A stretch of DNA of 64,000 bases from Tetramitus jugosus. Its lineage: Eukaryota; Protista; Heterolobosea. Under the pieces are notes generated by a model. The model was not told the origin of the DNA. It was given only the letters and a program-made list of their open reading frames with translations, and ran no database searches. Shown here one piece after another: positions 10,888 through 22,986 of this stretch; within the stretch, counting starts at the first letter, position 1; every line of letters begins with the position of its first letter. Location: assembly GCA_937625935.1 (NCBI GenBank), contig OW569365.1, positions 310,001 to 374,000 of the forward strand. The letters are read 5' to 3'. Made by a program: the position numbers and the translations under genes.

Positions 10888-13800
10888 CTAGCTATCAGAA
10901 TCCTCTTCGTCACTCTCGAAATCATAATCCATCAACTTTCTCTCTGAGGGAACAAATGGACGGGATGTGGTATCCACCATTCGTGTCTCATAGGCAGACT
11001 TAAAGTCAGACTGTTGAATACTGGACTCCATATCAGAAAATTGCATCATATCCAGACGATTTTGGTCATCATAGAAGCTATCTACCTGTTGAACTGAGGG
11101 TCGATCTTTAGAAAAGAAGTCGTTGTTGATCTTAAAAGAGACCTGAGAATGTTTAACTTCAACCTCATCTTCATCACTTCCTTCGGATTCAAATTGAATG
11201 CTATCGCTCATGTGCTTCGACTCTTCTCCATGTGACAAGCTTTCATGTGGCTCATAGTGTTGTATATTTTGAATGCTTTCAGATTGTCCAAATTCTTCAA
11301 ATTCTGGATTCAAGGAGCTCACTCTCTCTTCGTCATCGATATACGCTTCGACAGCATGTGCTCCAATCAAAGAGCTCTTCATTTTCGAATCCCCAAAGTA
11401 ATCTTGCACAGCGCTGAATGAGCCCAATAATTTACCATTAGCACTGGTAGCCTTTTCGGGGGTATGCACCCTATTGCCTGTCTCCAGTTTCAACAGAGGT
11501 GATGGTGTCTTCACCTTTTCGGATCTATTCACTGGACGAACCAAGGTTAGATTGGCTGTTATTTCATTGGGAGACTTTGGACTCGACTTTTTGATTATGT
11601 TGTTAATGTCTTGAGAAGTTTTGCCTCGTATCGTCGGTTCTGAGTGCAGGAAGTAGTCATCTGTTTCGCTTTGGGGAGTGTCAACAGAAAGACGAACACT
11701 CTTCCTCATCTTGTTTCCATTATCAAAATTTTTCAAGCAAGACTTTCTCATCGACTCAACTTCGGTGGTAATACAAGTACTATCATCCGCATGAAGTAGC
11801 TCCCAATTTGATTGTTCAGTTGGAGATGGAGTTCTGTTAGTTACGACCATTGGAGTAGCCATTGCTTTGAGGATGCTATCATCTTGCAGATTACTATTTT
11901 GCTCCTCAGTTCTTATCTGTGGCTTGGTTCCCTGATTACTCCTAATCAGAGGAATAGGCTCAGAGACTTTAATGTAAACACTTTTGCTCATTTGACTGAC
12001 TAGTGAGTAATTGTCCTCAGATATGTCTCCTAAATCAGGATACACGGTAGATTCCTCCGATGGTGCCTCAAATGTTTTAAATTTGAAATTACCAGACACC
12101 CAGAGTGGGATCATGGGAGGTTGATAAGTATCAATTTCAACATTGGATATCCATTGAGATTTTAAATCTTCGGCAACATCTTGGTCTGATTGATCCTGCT
12201 CTACAGAGCTAGAACCACTCCATTCAATGGGAACAGTAACAATATCGTGAGCGCGTGATCGACATAAATTCCATTTTCCACAATTCTCTACATTGATTTG
12301 CAAAATGGTTTCAGAATCCGTTGGACTATTCTCTCGATTGTCCGAGTAGATACCGCTCAAGAATGATATGCCAGAGTCTTGAGATGATGAAGTCTGCTCT
12401 TTCAAGCTTGCACGCAGAGTGTTATAGCTTAAAATGCCTGTGTTGCTACAAATGTAAATACTCTCATTCTCATTGTCTCCATAAGAGAAGAAAGTTGTTG
12501 ATGTCTTGGAAGCATAGAATTCACTGACAGGATTGGAGTCTGCCTTCGAAAATAGTGATGACGCACTATGAATACGATCAACCACATTAATGGCGATGGG
12601 ATTCTTTTCTTCTTTCTTTTGTCTTCGCTTTGACTTCAGGATGTTTGCAAAATTACTTGGCAAATGTGTTGTTGGATCGACGCTTCCTCCATTTGGATTA
12701 ATAGCAAATAAATGGGTGGTGCCATGGGTCGAAGATACAGCAACCCATTTACTATTAATACTAAACTGAACATCCTTTAACCGTGCGGTCGTTAGTCCTC
12801 TAAACAGACGATAAAGGTGCAAAATGTTCTTACTTGAGACCTTTCCTGCTGTCGAAGGCATGATCTGATAAATGTTCAAATGTGTGCCCTGAATCGATGT
12901 TGTAATCAGCAGTGTACCACTTGGGTCAAAGGACATGCAGGCAATAGGTTCTGTGTGAGCCTTGAACTGCACCAATAATTTCTTGGTTTTCAAGTCTCGA
13001 ATCTCAATAGTTCCAGCATTTGGTCCATAAGTAGGCGCCTTGGAGGTAGAAACTGTTGACGCAGTGTCTGCATACTTGTCAGGATTCATATAATTCGAGA
13101 CAGTCTTGGCTCCCAACTCTCCAAGATAATAGATTCCAGATGCAGCCTTCTTTGCCACATCGAGTGACATTTCAGCATAAGTTTGATTCGATAGGGCAGT
13201 AAAATCGAGACTCTTGTTCGTTACAGCTCCCTCACTAGGAAATGCAATCCACCTTGGTCCCACTGCTATGACTCCAGAGTAATCCTGGACGCGCTGAGAT
13301 TTCGCATCTTGAGACACAAAGTCAATGCCCTTGCTATTGTAGCATGGAAAAGTGGCTGTTTTGTTGAGCGTCACTGGATCTAACCAGTACACATTTCTCT
13401 CGTCCATTACAGCAATCACATTATGAGTGCTTTTCACTTCGAAAATCTCGTACTTGAATTTCATTTCGTGAACATAGGAGTGCGTCTTTAGAGAGAAGAA
13501 TTTGAGAGTGGATGGATCGTTTGCGTGTCTATATATATATTCATCGTGTATACATCATGTGTGTTAGTATGAAATTGCGTCCCACCTTGAAAAAAAAACA
13601 TCAAATAAAAAAAATGGGTGACATACACGACCGCCAACAATGGATTCTCCATTAAATGAACAAATGATGAGTTGTCTTCACTTGTCTCATTGTTGTTATC
13701 ACTTTGATGATATTGAACATTATTGGTACTATTAGGATCTATGATACAGGATTCTTGTTTTTGTGTTTCATTGTTGTTTATATTGTTTTGAATGTCATTA

Positions 13801-14186
13801 TTATTATTGTTCGTATTTTTGTTGTTGTTATTATTATTTGTATTATTAGTAGTGTTGTTATTGGTGGTGGTAGTATGATTACTATGATGATGATTACAGG
13901 AGGTTGATGGTGGTGATAAAATGGTGGCAAATCTCACTGGTGCTCCACGCACAGATGCAATTTCCAAAATGCGCTTTGGTTCATTGACATCAAATACTTG
14001 AAATCCATTGGAATAAGCCAATATTAAATACAATTTTTTTTGTACATGAATTGGATGACCACCACAATCATCATGATGAAATTCAACGTGACCAAAATGT
14101 GTCCATATCACAGTGTCTCTCTCAGGTTGATAATGTTGTTGATGTTGTTGTTGACCCATTGTTGTTGCCTGAGTGGACGAGGCCAT
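10888..14186 (-). CDS. BCAS3: BCAS3/ATG18-like WD40 autophagy protein; exons 14186-13627 and 13528-10888
   Basis: LILAYSNGFQVFDV, AVGPRWIAF, QFKAHTEPIACMSFDPSGTLLITTS, HLYRLFRGLT, STHGTTHLFAINP and WISNVEIDTY. The intron 13626-13529 (GTATGT..TAG) restores LKFFSLKTHSYVHEMKF. Confidence 0.88.
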
Positions 14187-14958
14187 GCTAAAAAAATTCT
14201 CAATGAATTGTCTGTACAATTTGACAAATGTGGGTGTTGCTTGTTGTTCGTCAGTGGCGTGTGCTTTTTTTTGGGCGGGTTGTTGTTTGAATTTTTTTTC
14301 TCGTTCTTGTTCAAACTCAGAACAAAAAGTTTTGCTTCACGATGTCGGTTGTTGGGATTTTTTGCGAGTAGGTAGCTCTGCGAGTAACACGGTTCACAAA
14401 ATAGATTTGTACACAAAGACTTTATCCTTTGGACTTTGGATTTCCTTCTCTGCTTGTTCGTTGGGTTACGTTAAGAGCTGTATGAGGCCAGTTGTTTGAT
14501 TTTTACGCCAATTTTGACTGAACGTATCCGGCAAGTTATTTTTGGGGGTATTTTCCCGGAACATCTCAGCTCGGTGTCTCATTTGAGGCCAATCCAAGTT
14601 GGTTACTCTTTGCCAAGATGACGAGATCGTAAAAGCATTGGATGATCTTTGTGTAACCTCGTGAGACGAGATTCTTTTCATGCATCTCTGAAACACGACT
14701 TCTTTTTCATGCAACCCCCGAAATCGATTGAAAGTCAATTCAAATTTTGATCCCTCCAAAAGCTGGCCTATTCCATACATTTCACACAGTCGGATTTCGC
14801 TTCTCCCGAGACAGAAAACACAAGAACACAACACCAATAGAGATCTCTTGCGCGTGCTGCCCACTCCACTATATCCACAAACCTTCTTACCTCAAACACA
14901 AAACTCACCTATCCTACGTGCAGTGTGTGCCCCAAAAACAAGACAGCAGACAACCTCA

Positions 14959-15117
14959 ATGATAAAGGTCTCTTCCAACAACAACAACAACAATAACCTT
15001 CTTTCGACGACCACTCTTTTTTCACCTCTGAATCCACAACAACATTATCAACAACAGAATGTCCTCTCATCACCAATTACCAATTCCAATCTTTCACATG
15101 AATTCAATTCTCAGTAA
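14959..15117 (+). other. 52-codon upstream ORF overlapping the GNAT ORF out of frame
   Basis: ATG at 14959, MIKVSSNNNNNNN...EFNSQ, TAA at 15115-15117. The GNAT frame is +1 relative to it. Confidence 0.5.
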
Positions 15118-15769
15118 CAATGAGAATCAATATGATTTGGAATCACCTCATTCATCTTCACAGTCTTCACAGTCATCCTCTTCATCATCTTCTTCATCCT
15201 CTTCATCATCAAGAGCGTCATCTTCATCGTCAAGTAGCATTCATACGAATTTGATTCCAATGACTCTTGATAACGTTCATCATGCTCTTGAAATTCAAAA
15301 CCAGTCCTATCCATCGGATTACACTGAAAGTGAGGAAGCTTTTGAGAGTATGGCCGAACATTATGGTTCCTACAGTTTTTTGATGCAAGTCGATACATTG
15401 GATAATTTGCCAATGATTGGTGGATATATTGTGAGTCATCCTGGTGTCAGAGGCAAGGCACAACCATTGGATCAACCAGCTTCTCCATTTACTGGAGCGG
15501 AAGATTGTTGGTATTTGCATGATTGTTGCCTCGCTCCACAGTTTCAAGGTAAGGGACTTGCAAAGCGAATGGTTCAACAAGTGGAACAATTGGCTCTGAA
15601 TAGTGGTTATCATGTCATTTGTTTGGTCAGTGTTCAGAACACGTATCCTGTGTGGCAGAAGGCCGGATATCGCATTCTCAAAAAGTTTGACTATGGCGGT
15701 CTGGAAGCTTTCTATATGGAAAAGACGCTCGTTGACAATGTGGACTCACAGAATCCAGGAAGTTGTTAA
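15059..15769 (+). CDS. GNAT-family N-acetyltransferase
   Basis: Acetyl-CoA motif YLHDCCLAPQFQGKGLA and LVSVQNTYPVWQKAGY. Start is ATG 15059 or 15098. Confidence 0.85.
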   Translation: MSSHHQLPIPIFHMNSILSNNENQYDLESPHSSSQSSQSSSSSSSSSSSSSRASSSSSSSIHTNLIPMTLDNVHHALEIQNQSYPSDYTESEEAFESMAEHYGSYSFLMQVDTLDNLPMIGGYIVSHPGVRGKAQPLDQPASPFTGAEDCWYLHDCCLAPQFQGKGLAKRMVQQVEQLALNSGYHVICLVSVQNTYPVWQKAGYRILKKFDYGGLEAFYMEKTLVDNVDSQNPGSC

Positions 15770-16025
15770 ATCAAGAACTGCAGTTGGAACAGTCATCCGC
15801 ACAATTAAGTTCTTAAGGTAATTTATTAAACAAAACTTGACATCTATTTCTTTGTGTTGTCTTTTCGAGCTTGAGAGCTTGGGTCACTCAACCCAAAGAA
15901 ACAATGGTCGAGAAAATGAATCGAGAGCCAGAAGAATTATGGTTGCAAGAAAATGGATCAGAAACTTGGAATAGAACTCTGATCCACCACTATGAGGTCT
16001 TCAAACTGGTATGTTATTCTCTGAA

Positions 16026-17128
16026 TTACAGTCTCACCACATTCTTGTGATCGAGTGTTGATGAATGCTTCATTCGAATGGACACTCGCTGATGACCAAT
16101 GACAGATATGGCCGGATAGTACAAGATTCCTTTTGTTGGAATGTCTTCTATCGTATGAAAGTACTCATTGTTCTTGAAGAGATGCATACAAGCACGCTCT
16201 GAGCTCGTCAAATTCTTCAAGTTGAGCACCATAGCTATTGTGTCACCCGTGATAAAGCTTTTGTTATCAGGCATAACAACTTTAACATAATGAGTACGTG
16301 AACTGTCTCTGTGAACCATCTGCTGACCCATATTAAAACCGATACCATCGGTACCAGACCCGATAATATTGGAGTCCCTTTTTTCAGTAAACTCAAAATC
16401 ACTTCTCTCAATTCATGCGAATATTCTAAAGGCATTGTAACTTCCATTATCATGATCATCCAGTGTGTATTCCTAACAATGCACAATTCCCATTTCAAGC
16501 TTCCTATTGGCTCGAATAGTGTACCAATCTTGAGTTTTCTCACATGAGATTGTCCTGTTACAATTGTGCATTCAGCAATTGTGCATCTTGTATTCGGATC
16601 CCAATAGATCATGTTCGAACGAACAAGTTCTCTCCACGTATTTGTCTCTGCGACCTTCTCCGAATTTTTCAATTCTTCCATATGAGCTTGGTTTCTTTGT
16701 GACAGTGGCGGAGAGCGAGATGATACCACAAATACCCATCAGTATCTGGACTCAGAACCAAGTGCAAGCCATACTTACAACTCAATGCGATATGATACAG
16801 GTCTTTCAGTGTCAGGAATGTCAACATGTACATTTGAAGGTCACATAACAATACCTCGAAAATGTTGGGAGTCAGCAATTCTTCTTCATCTTCTTCTTCT
16901 TGTTGTTGTAATTGCTGATTATTTACCAATGTACATTGTCGCTTCTAACAAATATTATTATCATAAGTGAGACAATCACATCATGCTGAACAAGTTCTTC
17001 AACATGTGACAAAAAAAGGGAATGGATCTCCTTACCTGGGAGCGAGTGGTAGATAAGCTATTATTGCTGCGCTTTTTTGCTGGTGGAGTGGATTTTGGTA
17101 CTCCTTTCATCCTATGAAGCTGCACCAT
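16026..17128 (-). pseudogene. F-box plus SPRY/B30.2-like gene disrupted by two frameshifts and an in-frame TGA
   Basis: Exon 17128-17036 splices across intron 17035-16945 in frame to the F-box FEVLLCDLQMYMLTFLTLKDL. Frameshifts lie near 16690 and 16470, and there is a TGA at 16415-16413. SPRY-like FITGDTIAMVLN..LFKNN..YYPAISV at the 3' end. Confidence 0.72.
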
Positions 17129-17709
17129 CTTACTTTGGTTTCTTGGAGAGTTTGGAGTCTTATCGGTCTTGTGGAAGACCAATCAAACAACAAGCGAAAA
17201 AGAATGTGCTGTTTTTTTGTGTGCTTTTTTGAGAGGACTCCCATCTCCTCGAAGTGCTCCCTCCTTGGACCCATTAAGGTTGTTCAATTTTTTTTACTCT
17301 GGGAAAACAACTCGATCAAGAGAATGAAAATTCAATCGTAAGAAAAAGTGCAGTTACTGGCTGTAGTGTTGACACTCGCTGTATAATTAGTGTAGTAAGT
17401 GCGCAAATACCCGCTGCGCAAGAATCGCGAACACGGGTGAAATTCGACAAGAGACCTCAGAAAACGCGGATGTCACTAGCAGAACATCAAACAAACAGAG
17501 CTCAATAACCGCAACAGAACAACATCTATCTGTATCAATTAGTAGCATACGTCGAGTACAATCTCAAGCTATACTTTCACTCAAATTGAGCACCTTTCCT
17601 ACATCCGACGCCCACACTATTATTACACTTACGTCCACTAATCTTAACTCTTAAAACTCCAACGCACACTTTTATACCCGCATACTCCCGATAAGCGATA
17701 TTTCACAAA

Positions 17710-18714
17710 ATGGCCACTGTTCGAACTGACACTCTTCCATCATCAGTCTCTGCTGCTCTTGGCAAGCATGAAAACCAAGTAAACCACAGTAACAACAACA
17801 ATAACAATCACACAAGTATCATCATGAACAAAAATTTGATTTATTCTCATGATCCATCGGAGACGACCAATGGCAGTGGTAGCAATAGTCAACAATCATC
17901 ACTACCACAGTTCAAGAACAGAACAACTCAAGTGTGGTCTTCTGCATCTGCTTCTTCTGTGGACAACAAGAGAGTTTGGATCAGACCTGTGCCATCGATT
18001 GTGGCACCACCTTCCACTTCTACTCGTGTGGTGGATCGCGCACCAGTGTATCACTTTTTGAAAACGGTGTCCTATCATGCCGAAAGGTACCAACGTATTC
18101 ATGACTCATCAGATCTCATTCAACGAAATGTTGAGTTGTACTTGAGTGATGCTTTGACTGTTCACGACAATCTCCATTTGTATATTATCAATGAACTGAA
18201 GAGTGCAGTTCAGGAGACGATTGATCAATTGTCGTCTAATCAACTACACGAGAAGCAACCAGTTTCAATCGATTTATTGCTGGTGCGATTTCCTGTTGCC
18301 ATTTATCAAAACTTGAATTTATTGAGAGCTGTTTGGCACGAACTAGAAGAATCGGTCAAGTCACTCAACTTGTTGCACAATGTGCATCAACCTCAGGAGA
18401 AGCCCATGGTGAAACGCATTGGCCTGTACAATATCCATCCATCTCAGTTGCAGTCTGTGCTAAAGGTTGCTACGACTGTGAGACCAAGTGCTGTTGGTTT
18501 GAGCTGGGAGTTTGTCACTTCTCAAAAGAGTAGTGTTATCAGTGCAATGCAAGAGTTGTGCACCCAAAATGAAGTTCAATTGCTGACTTCGAGCAATTTA
18601 AAGGAGAGTTTGAGTTTTGCTGGAGAGAACATGCGGTGGCTCAGCCATTACTCAGTCATCCAGCCTGATACAACGCTGCTTTTGAGAAGTGGTCTTTTGT
18701 TCACACAAAAATAA
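17710..18714 (+). CDS. GCLM: Glutamate-cysteine ligase modifier subunit (aldo-keto reductase fold)
   Basis: IDLLLVRFP, VWHELEESV, VKRIGLYNIHPSQLQSV...VRPS, NEVQLLT and RWLSHYSVI follow the GCLM pattern. Confidence 0.75.
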   Translation: MATVRTDTLPSSVSAALGKHENQVNHSNNNNNNHTSIIMNKNLIYSHDPSETTNGSGSNSQQSSLPQFKNRTTQVWSSASASSVDNKRVWIRPVPSIVAPPSTSTRVVDRAPVYHFLKTVSYHAERYQRIHDSSDLIQRNVELYLSDALTVHDNLHLYIINELKSAVQETIDQLSSNQLHEKQPVSIDLLLVRFPVAIYQNLNLLRAVWHELEESVKSLNLLHNVHQPQEKPMVKRIGLYNIHPSQLQSVLKVATTVRPSAVGLSWEFVTSQKSSVISAMQELCTQNEVQLLTSSNLKESLSFAGENMRWLSHYSVIQPDTTLLLRSGLLFTQK

Positions 18715-18827
18715 ATTATTCCGCTTCCGGAAGATTGTTGGCGCGCTTTTTTTTCAATAGAAAAATCGAATTTCCCATTCAACCAACAAACAACATCGAT
18801 ACAAGTCCGTGTGCACAATCAAGAAGG

Positions 18828-21468
18828 ATGAGTGACCAAGCAACAAACAATGTAAGATTCAATCTATAGCTTCACTGTTGAACGCTATCAAATTTGATGT
18901 ATTGATTCTTTATACTCACTCTTTTTCCTCCACTTTTTTGTATTTTTTTTGTTCGGATTGACCTTTTTTTTTGTATGATCATACACCAATGGACGAATGA
19001 AATGATTCTAGATGGGCATTTTCCAAGAGGAACCAACAAGTGTTGTACCACTTGATGGCAATATTGTCAACATGGTGGTTGATGACTCATCCTATGAGCA
19101 CAGCGACAACAACAACAACAACAAAACGATTGCAACAACTTTGGAACTTGTCAACAACAACAATCATATCGAAACAATTAGTGATGAGGATAACAATACC
19201 AACAGCAACAATAATAACGGATTAGATGATGATTGCAGTACCATCAATGTCGTGTTTGGAGAAGATCAAGAGATTTTGATTCAAGAGGAACATGACGCAG
19301 AAGAGCTGTTGAAGCATCAGGATGACCTTGTCGATGGTGATGCACTGGTGAATGAGGATGAATTGACTCAGATCACAGATGATAATAGTCAAGCATCACC
19401 TGTTGGTATGAAATCCACTTCATCACCACTATCACAGCAACAACCAACCAAGAAATTGCCCATCAAAGATCAATTGATGCGATTGAATGAGTTGTTGGAG
19501 AAGGCTGCTACATACACTGCTTTTCTGATTGAAGATGGACTGATGACTGAACAAGAGGCCATTCAAAAATCAAAACACAATGTCCAAAATGACAGTGTAG
19601 ACGAGGACGAAGATGACGAAGATGAAGATGACCAAAACAATGGAAAACAAAGAACAACAAGAGGAGGAAGAGTGGCAAACAGCAATGGAAAACGAACAAG
19701 AAGCAGTGCTGCATCGTCATCGTCATCGTCATCCGCATCGTCATCATCCAATGCAAAGAAACCAAAGACCCTAAAGTTTGTTCAACCAAGAATGATGAGT
19801 GCAGGTGGTGAAATGAGACACTATCAACTCGTTGGTATGAACTGGCTCGTCTCTCTGTACGAGAATGGAGTGAGTGGTATTTTGGCTGATGAGATGGGTC
19901 TCGGTAAAACCATTCAAACCATCTCATTGATCTGTCACTTGTTTGAGAAGGGAATCAAGGGACCATTTATCATTGTTGCTCCATTGTCGACTCTATCCAA
20001 TTGGAGGAACGAGTTGAGCAAGTGGGCACCTGGTTTGAACATTCTGCAGTATCATGGTAACAAGAATGATCGAGCTCGACTCAGAAATGTTGAACTGCCA
20101 AAGATGCTACAGAAACCGCACCCTTCTCTCCACGTGTTGATCACTAGTTATGAAATGAGCATCAGGGATGCTCGTTTCCTGCGTAGAATACCGTTCAAGT
20201 ACTTGGTGGTGGACGAAGCGCATCGTCTGAAGAATTTCCACTGCAAGTTGACAAAAGAACTGAAACAGTATCAAACAGAGAACCGTTTGTTGTTGACTGG
20301 TACTCCCTTGCAGAATAATTTGACCGAGTTGTGGAGCTTGTTGAACTTTTTAATGCCCGATCTGTTTGATGATTTGGAAAATTTTAGGAAATGGTTCGAC
20401 GTGACTGACAATTCAGATACATCATTGACAGAAGAACGCACAAAGCTCATTAATAAGCTACACACCATTTTGAGACCATTTATACTGAGAAGATTGAAAA
20501 CAGATGTCGAGTTGGATCTTCCAACCAAGAAAGAATATCTCTTGTTTTCGCCAATGGAACCCATCCAGAAAGAGTTTTATGAAGCTGTGTTGAAGCGTGA
20601 TTTAACACCCATTCTCGAGAAGCAAAATGGTACTGTGAATGATAATCAAGGTTCAACACGTCTCCTGAACATTATTATGCAACTAAGAAAGGTTTGCAAC
20701 CATCCATATCTGCTGTCAGAATTTTCTGCGAAAGACAATGAGTCAATAGAGAAGCAGAATAAGAGGTTTTTGAAAGAGGTAGTGCAACAGAGTGGAAAGT
20801 TCAGACTTATGCACAGAATGCTCACGAAACTCAAAGAGAGAGGTCACAAGGTACTCATCTTTTCTCTAATGACGAGAATGCTCGATGTTATGGAGGACTA
20901 TTTAGAGGCTGATGGTGTTCAATATTGTCGATTGGATGGTAGTGTGTCACAAATAGACAGAGAAAACCGAATCAAACAGTTTAATGAGGATCCAGATATC
21001 ACATGTTTCTTGCTCTCTACAAGAGCTGGTGGATTGGGTATCAATTTAACTTCTGCAGATACAGTTATTATTTATGACTCTGATTGGAATCCACAGATTG
21101 ATTTACAAGCTCAGGACAGATGTCATAGAATCGGACAAACGAAGCCTGTTCGTGTATTCCGTCTCTTGACTACAGACAGTGTCGAGAAGCGAATATGGCA
21201 AACTGCTCAGAGAAAACTGCAGTTGGAAAAGTTGATCATCCATAAAGGAAATTTCAAGGGTGCTGCCTCAACGGGAGACAAAATCACTTTAACAGCCGCC
21301 AATCTTCTCGAGATTCTCAACGGAGGAACAAATGACGAAAAAGAACACAAATCAGGAGTGTCAAATGAAGACTTGGAGTTATTGCTCGATCGTCAAAGAG
21401 AAGATCTGACCACAGGATCTGGATATGAAGTAGTGGACTACCAAAAAGACAATTTTATGACCACTTAA
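18828..21468 (+). CDS. HELLS: SNF2-family chromatin remodeller of the HELLS/LSH/DDM1 subfamily; exons 18828-18851 and 19012-21468
   Basis: RLNELLEKAATYTAFL, GILADEMGLGKT, VVDEAHRLKN, LLTGTPLQNNL, MQLRKVCNHPYL, QAQDRCHRIGQ and KLQLEKLIIHKGNF. No HAND/SANT/SLIDE or chromo domains. Phase-0 intron 18852-19011. Confidence 0.85.
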
Positions 21469-21701
21469 TATGTTTGAACAACCAAATACACGTTTATTTA
21501 GCATTGACTTATTCCAATGATTCATGTATTTTTGAAGCACCAAGTTCTTGCAACTTTTGGTAATCTTCCCTAAATTTTTGATTCTCTTTTAAGACCTTTA
21601 CTCTCTTCTCTAACTTGACGGAAGCTGCTCGACAAGCGGGTGAGAAGGGGATTCTTTTAGATAGCATAAAGTTGTTGGCAAGTTTACAATACATTTTACA
21701 A

Positions 21702-22805
21702 TCATTTCTGTTTCTTCTTCTGAGAAAAACGATAGATTCCAAATCCTGCAACACCGACACTCACCAAACCAAATAAGATGGCTCCAAAATTGCTCCACCA
21801 AATCGAATTGTTCAACTTGTCCCGCAGATTCCACTCTGATGGAGCCACATCCCATATATGAGTCATCACAAAGGCTTGATTGACTGGATCAAAGCGTAGA
21901 GCTCCCCAAACAAACAACTGCGAACCAAATGGCAGAATATCCTTGTACAATGTGTAGTAAATTTTCTTTGTTCCTCCACTTGTCTCTTCAATGTCATACT
22001 GTGATGTTGTACGCTCCCGTTGCGTAGAAACCTTCAAGTCTTCCTGGTTGGAGGAGGTCTCTACGAGTTGCGCTGCACGAATTCTGTTCATGCGAGGATC
22101 ACTCTTCGTAGTCTCTTCAGACACTCGAGTCCACCCTGTTGCAAAACGTAGAAGTTCGTCCTGATTCTCCACAATGATTGCATCCGTCTTCTTCTTGTGG
22201 TCAGGCATGAGTTGATTCACGAGGCGTTTCGCAAGATTGGATGACGACAAAGGTGGTGTCTCCATTAACAAGAGATTTGGCCTGTACACTAGGTATTCAC
22301 ACAGTGGCTTGATCTGTTTGGTCAACGCAACATCTTTTGACTTTGTTGTTGTGCTATCCACAACGACTCGTTGAGCTGCTTGTGGTGGTTGATTCCACTG
22401 GTCATGTGGCGCATAATGGTACTGTTGTTGTTGTTGTTGTACACCTGCATTCTGTTGTTGCGAAATCTCCTTGCGCTTTTGCTCCAGTGTCACTTTGGAG
22501 AAGATGACTTGATCGCAAGAGATTCGTACCAGGGCAGCATCATGCTTCATGCCGTCACTGTCCCGAACGACAAGAGGCTTTTCATTATCGGGTGTCAGAT
22601 AGGCCAATATCTTTACATTACTCTCATCAGAGGGATGTTGTCGCTGATGATGTGTCTTCCTGAGAGTGGAGAAGTCTGGTGTTCGATCGAAACGTTTGAC
22701 TTGATCTCTCTTGTTATCAGCACGGTTGTAGCAGAGAAGGGCAATGAGTCCAGATCCAACTGCTATAAAAGCCAAGGGTATCACTGAATGATCTGAATGA
22801 TCCAT
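21702..22805 (-). CDS. Two-TM membrane protein, possibly GIDE (MUL1/SP1)-like, with no RING
   Basis: TM helices at both ends. ILPFGSQLFVWG precedes the C-terminal TM WWSNFGAILFGLVSVGVAGFGIY. Confidence 0.5.
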   Translation of the reverse strand: MDHSDHSVIPLAFIAVGSGLIALLCYNRADNKRDQVKRFDRTPDFSTLRKTHHQRQHPSDESNVKILAYLTPDNEKPLVVRDSDGMKHDAALVRISCDQVIFSKVTLEQKRKEISQQQNAGVQQQQQQYHYAPHDQWNQPPQAAQRVVVDSTTTKSKDVALTKQIKPLCEYLVYRPNLLLMETPPLSSSNLAKRLVNQLMPDHKKKTDAIIVENQDELLRFATGWTRVSEETTKSDPRMNRIRAAQLVETSSNQEDLKVSTQRERTTSQYDIEETSGGTKKIYYTLYKDILPFGSQLFVWGALRFDPVNQAFVMTHIWDVAPSEWNLRDKLNNSIWWSNFGAILFGLVSVGVAGFGIYRFSQKKKQK

Positions 22806-22986
22806 TTTTGTTGTTGTTGTTGTTGCTGTTTCTAATGTTCGTTGTGTTGTTTTTATTTGGAATGACTTTGAGAACTTGGAAGATCAATCTTTACCCGAGT
22901 AGAGTTCCAGCCATCGGTTGCTGCAGAAAAACAAATAGAATATAAACCTTGTTTTTATTAAGGTGAGAGTTGACACAGAGTTGTAT

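Noticed and set aside
13780-13900. Trinucleotide runs (AAC/AAT/TCA/CAA) here and at about 15170, 19720 and 55750
   Set aside because: These are coding microsatellites for polyN/S/Q, typical of this genome, and are not CRISPR or mobile repeats.
15059-15769. Calling the GNAT ORF an ornithine decarboxylase antizyme
   Set aside because: It keeps a full QxxGxA acetyl-CoA motif and lacks a TCC/CCC-TGA shift site; only the frame geometry is similar.
16413-16415. TGA recoding (selenocysteine or an alternative genetic code)
   Set aside because: TGA terminates other genes here (33041, 61385), the same locus has frameshifts, and I saw no SECIS.
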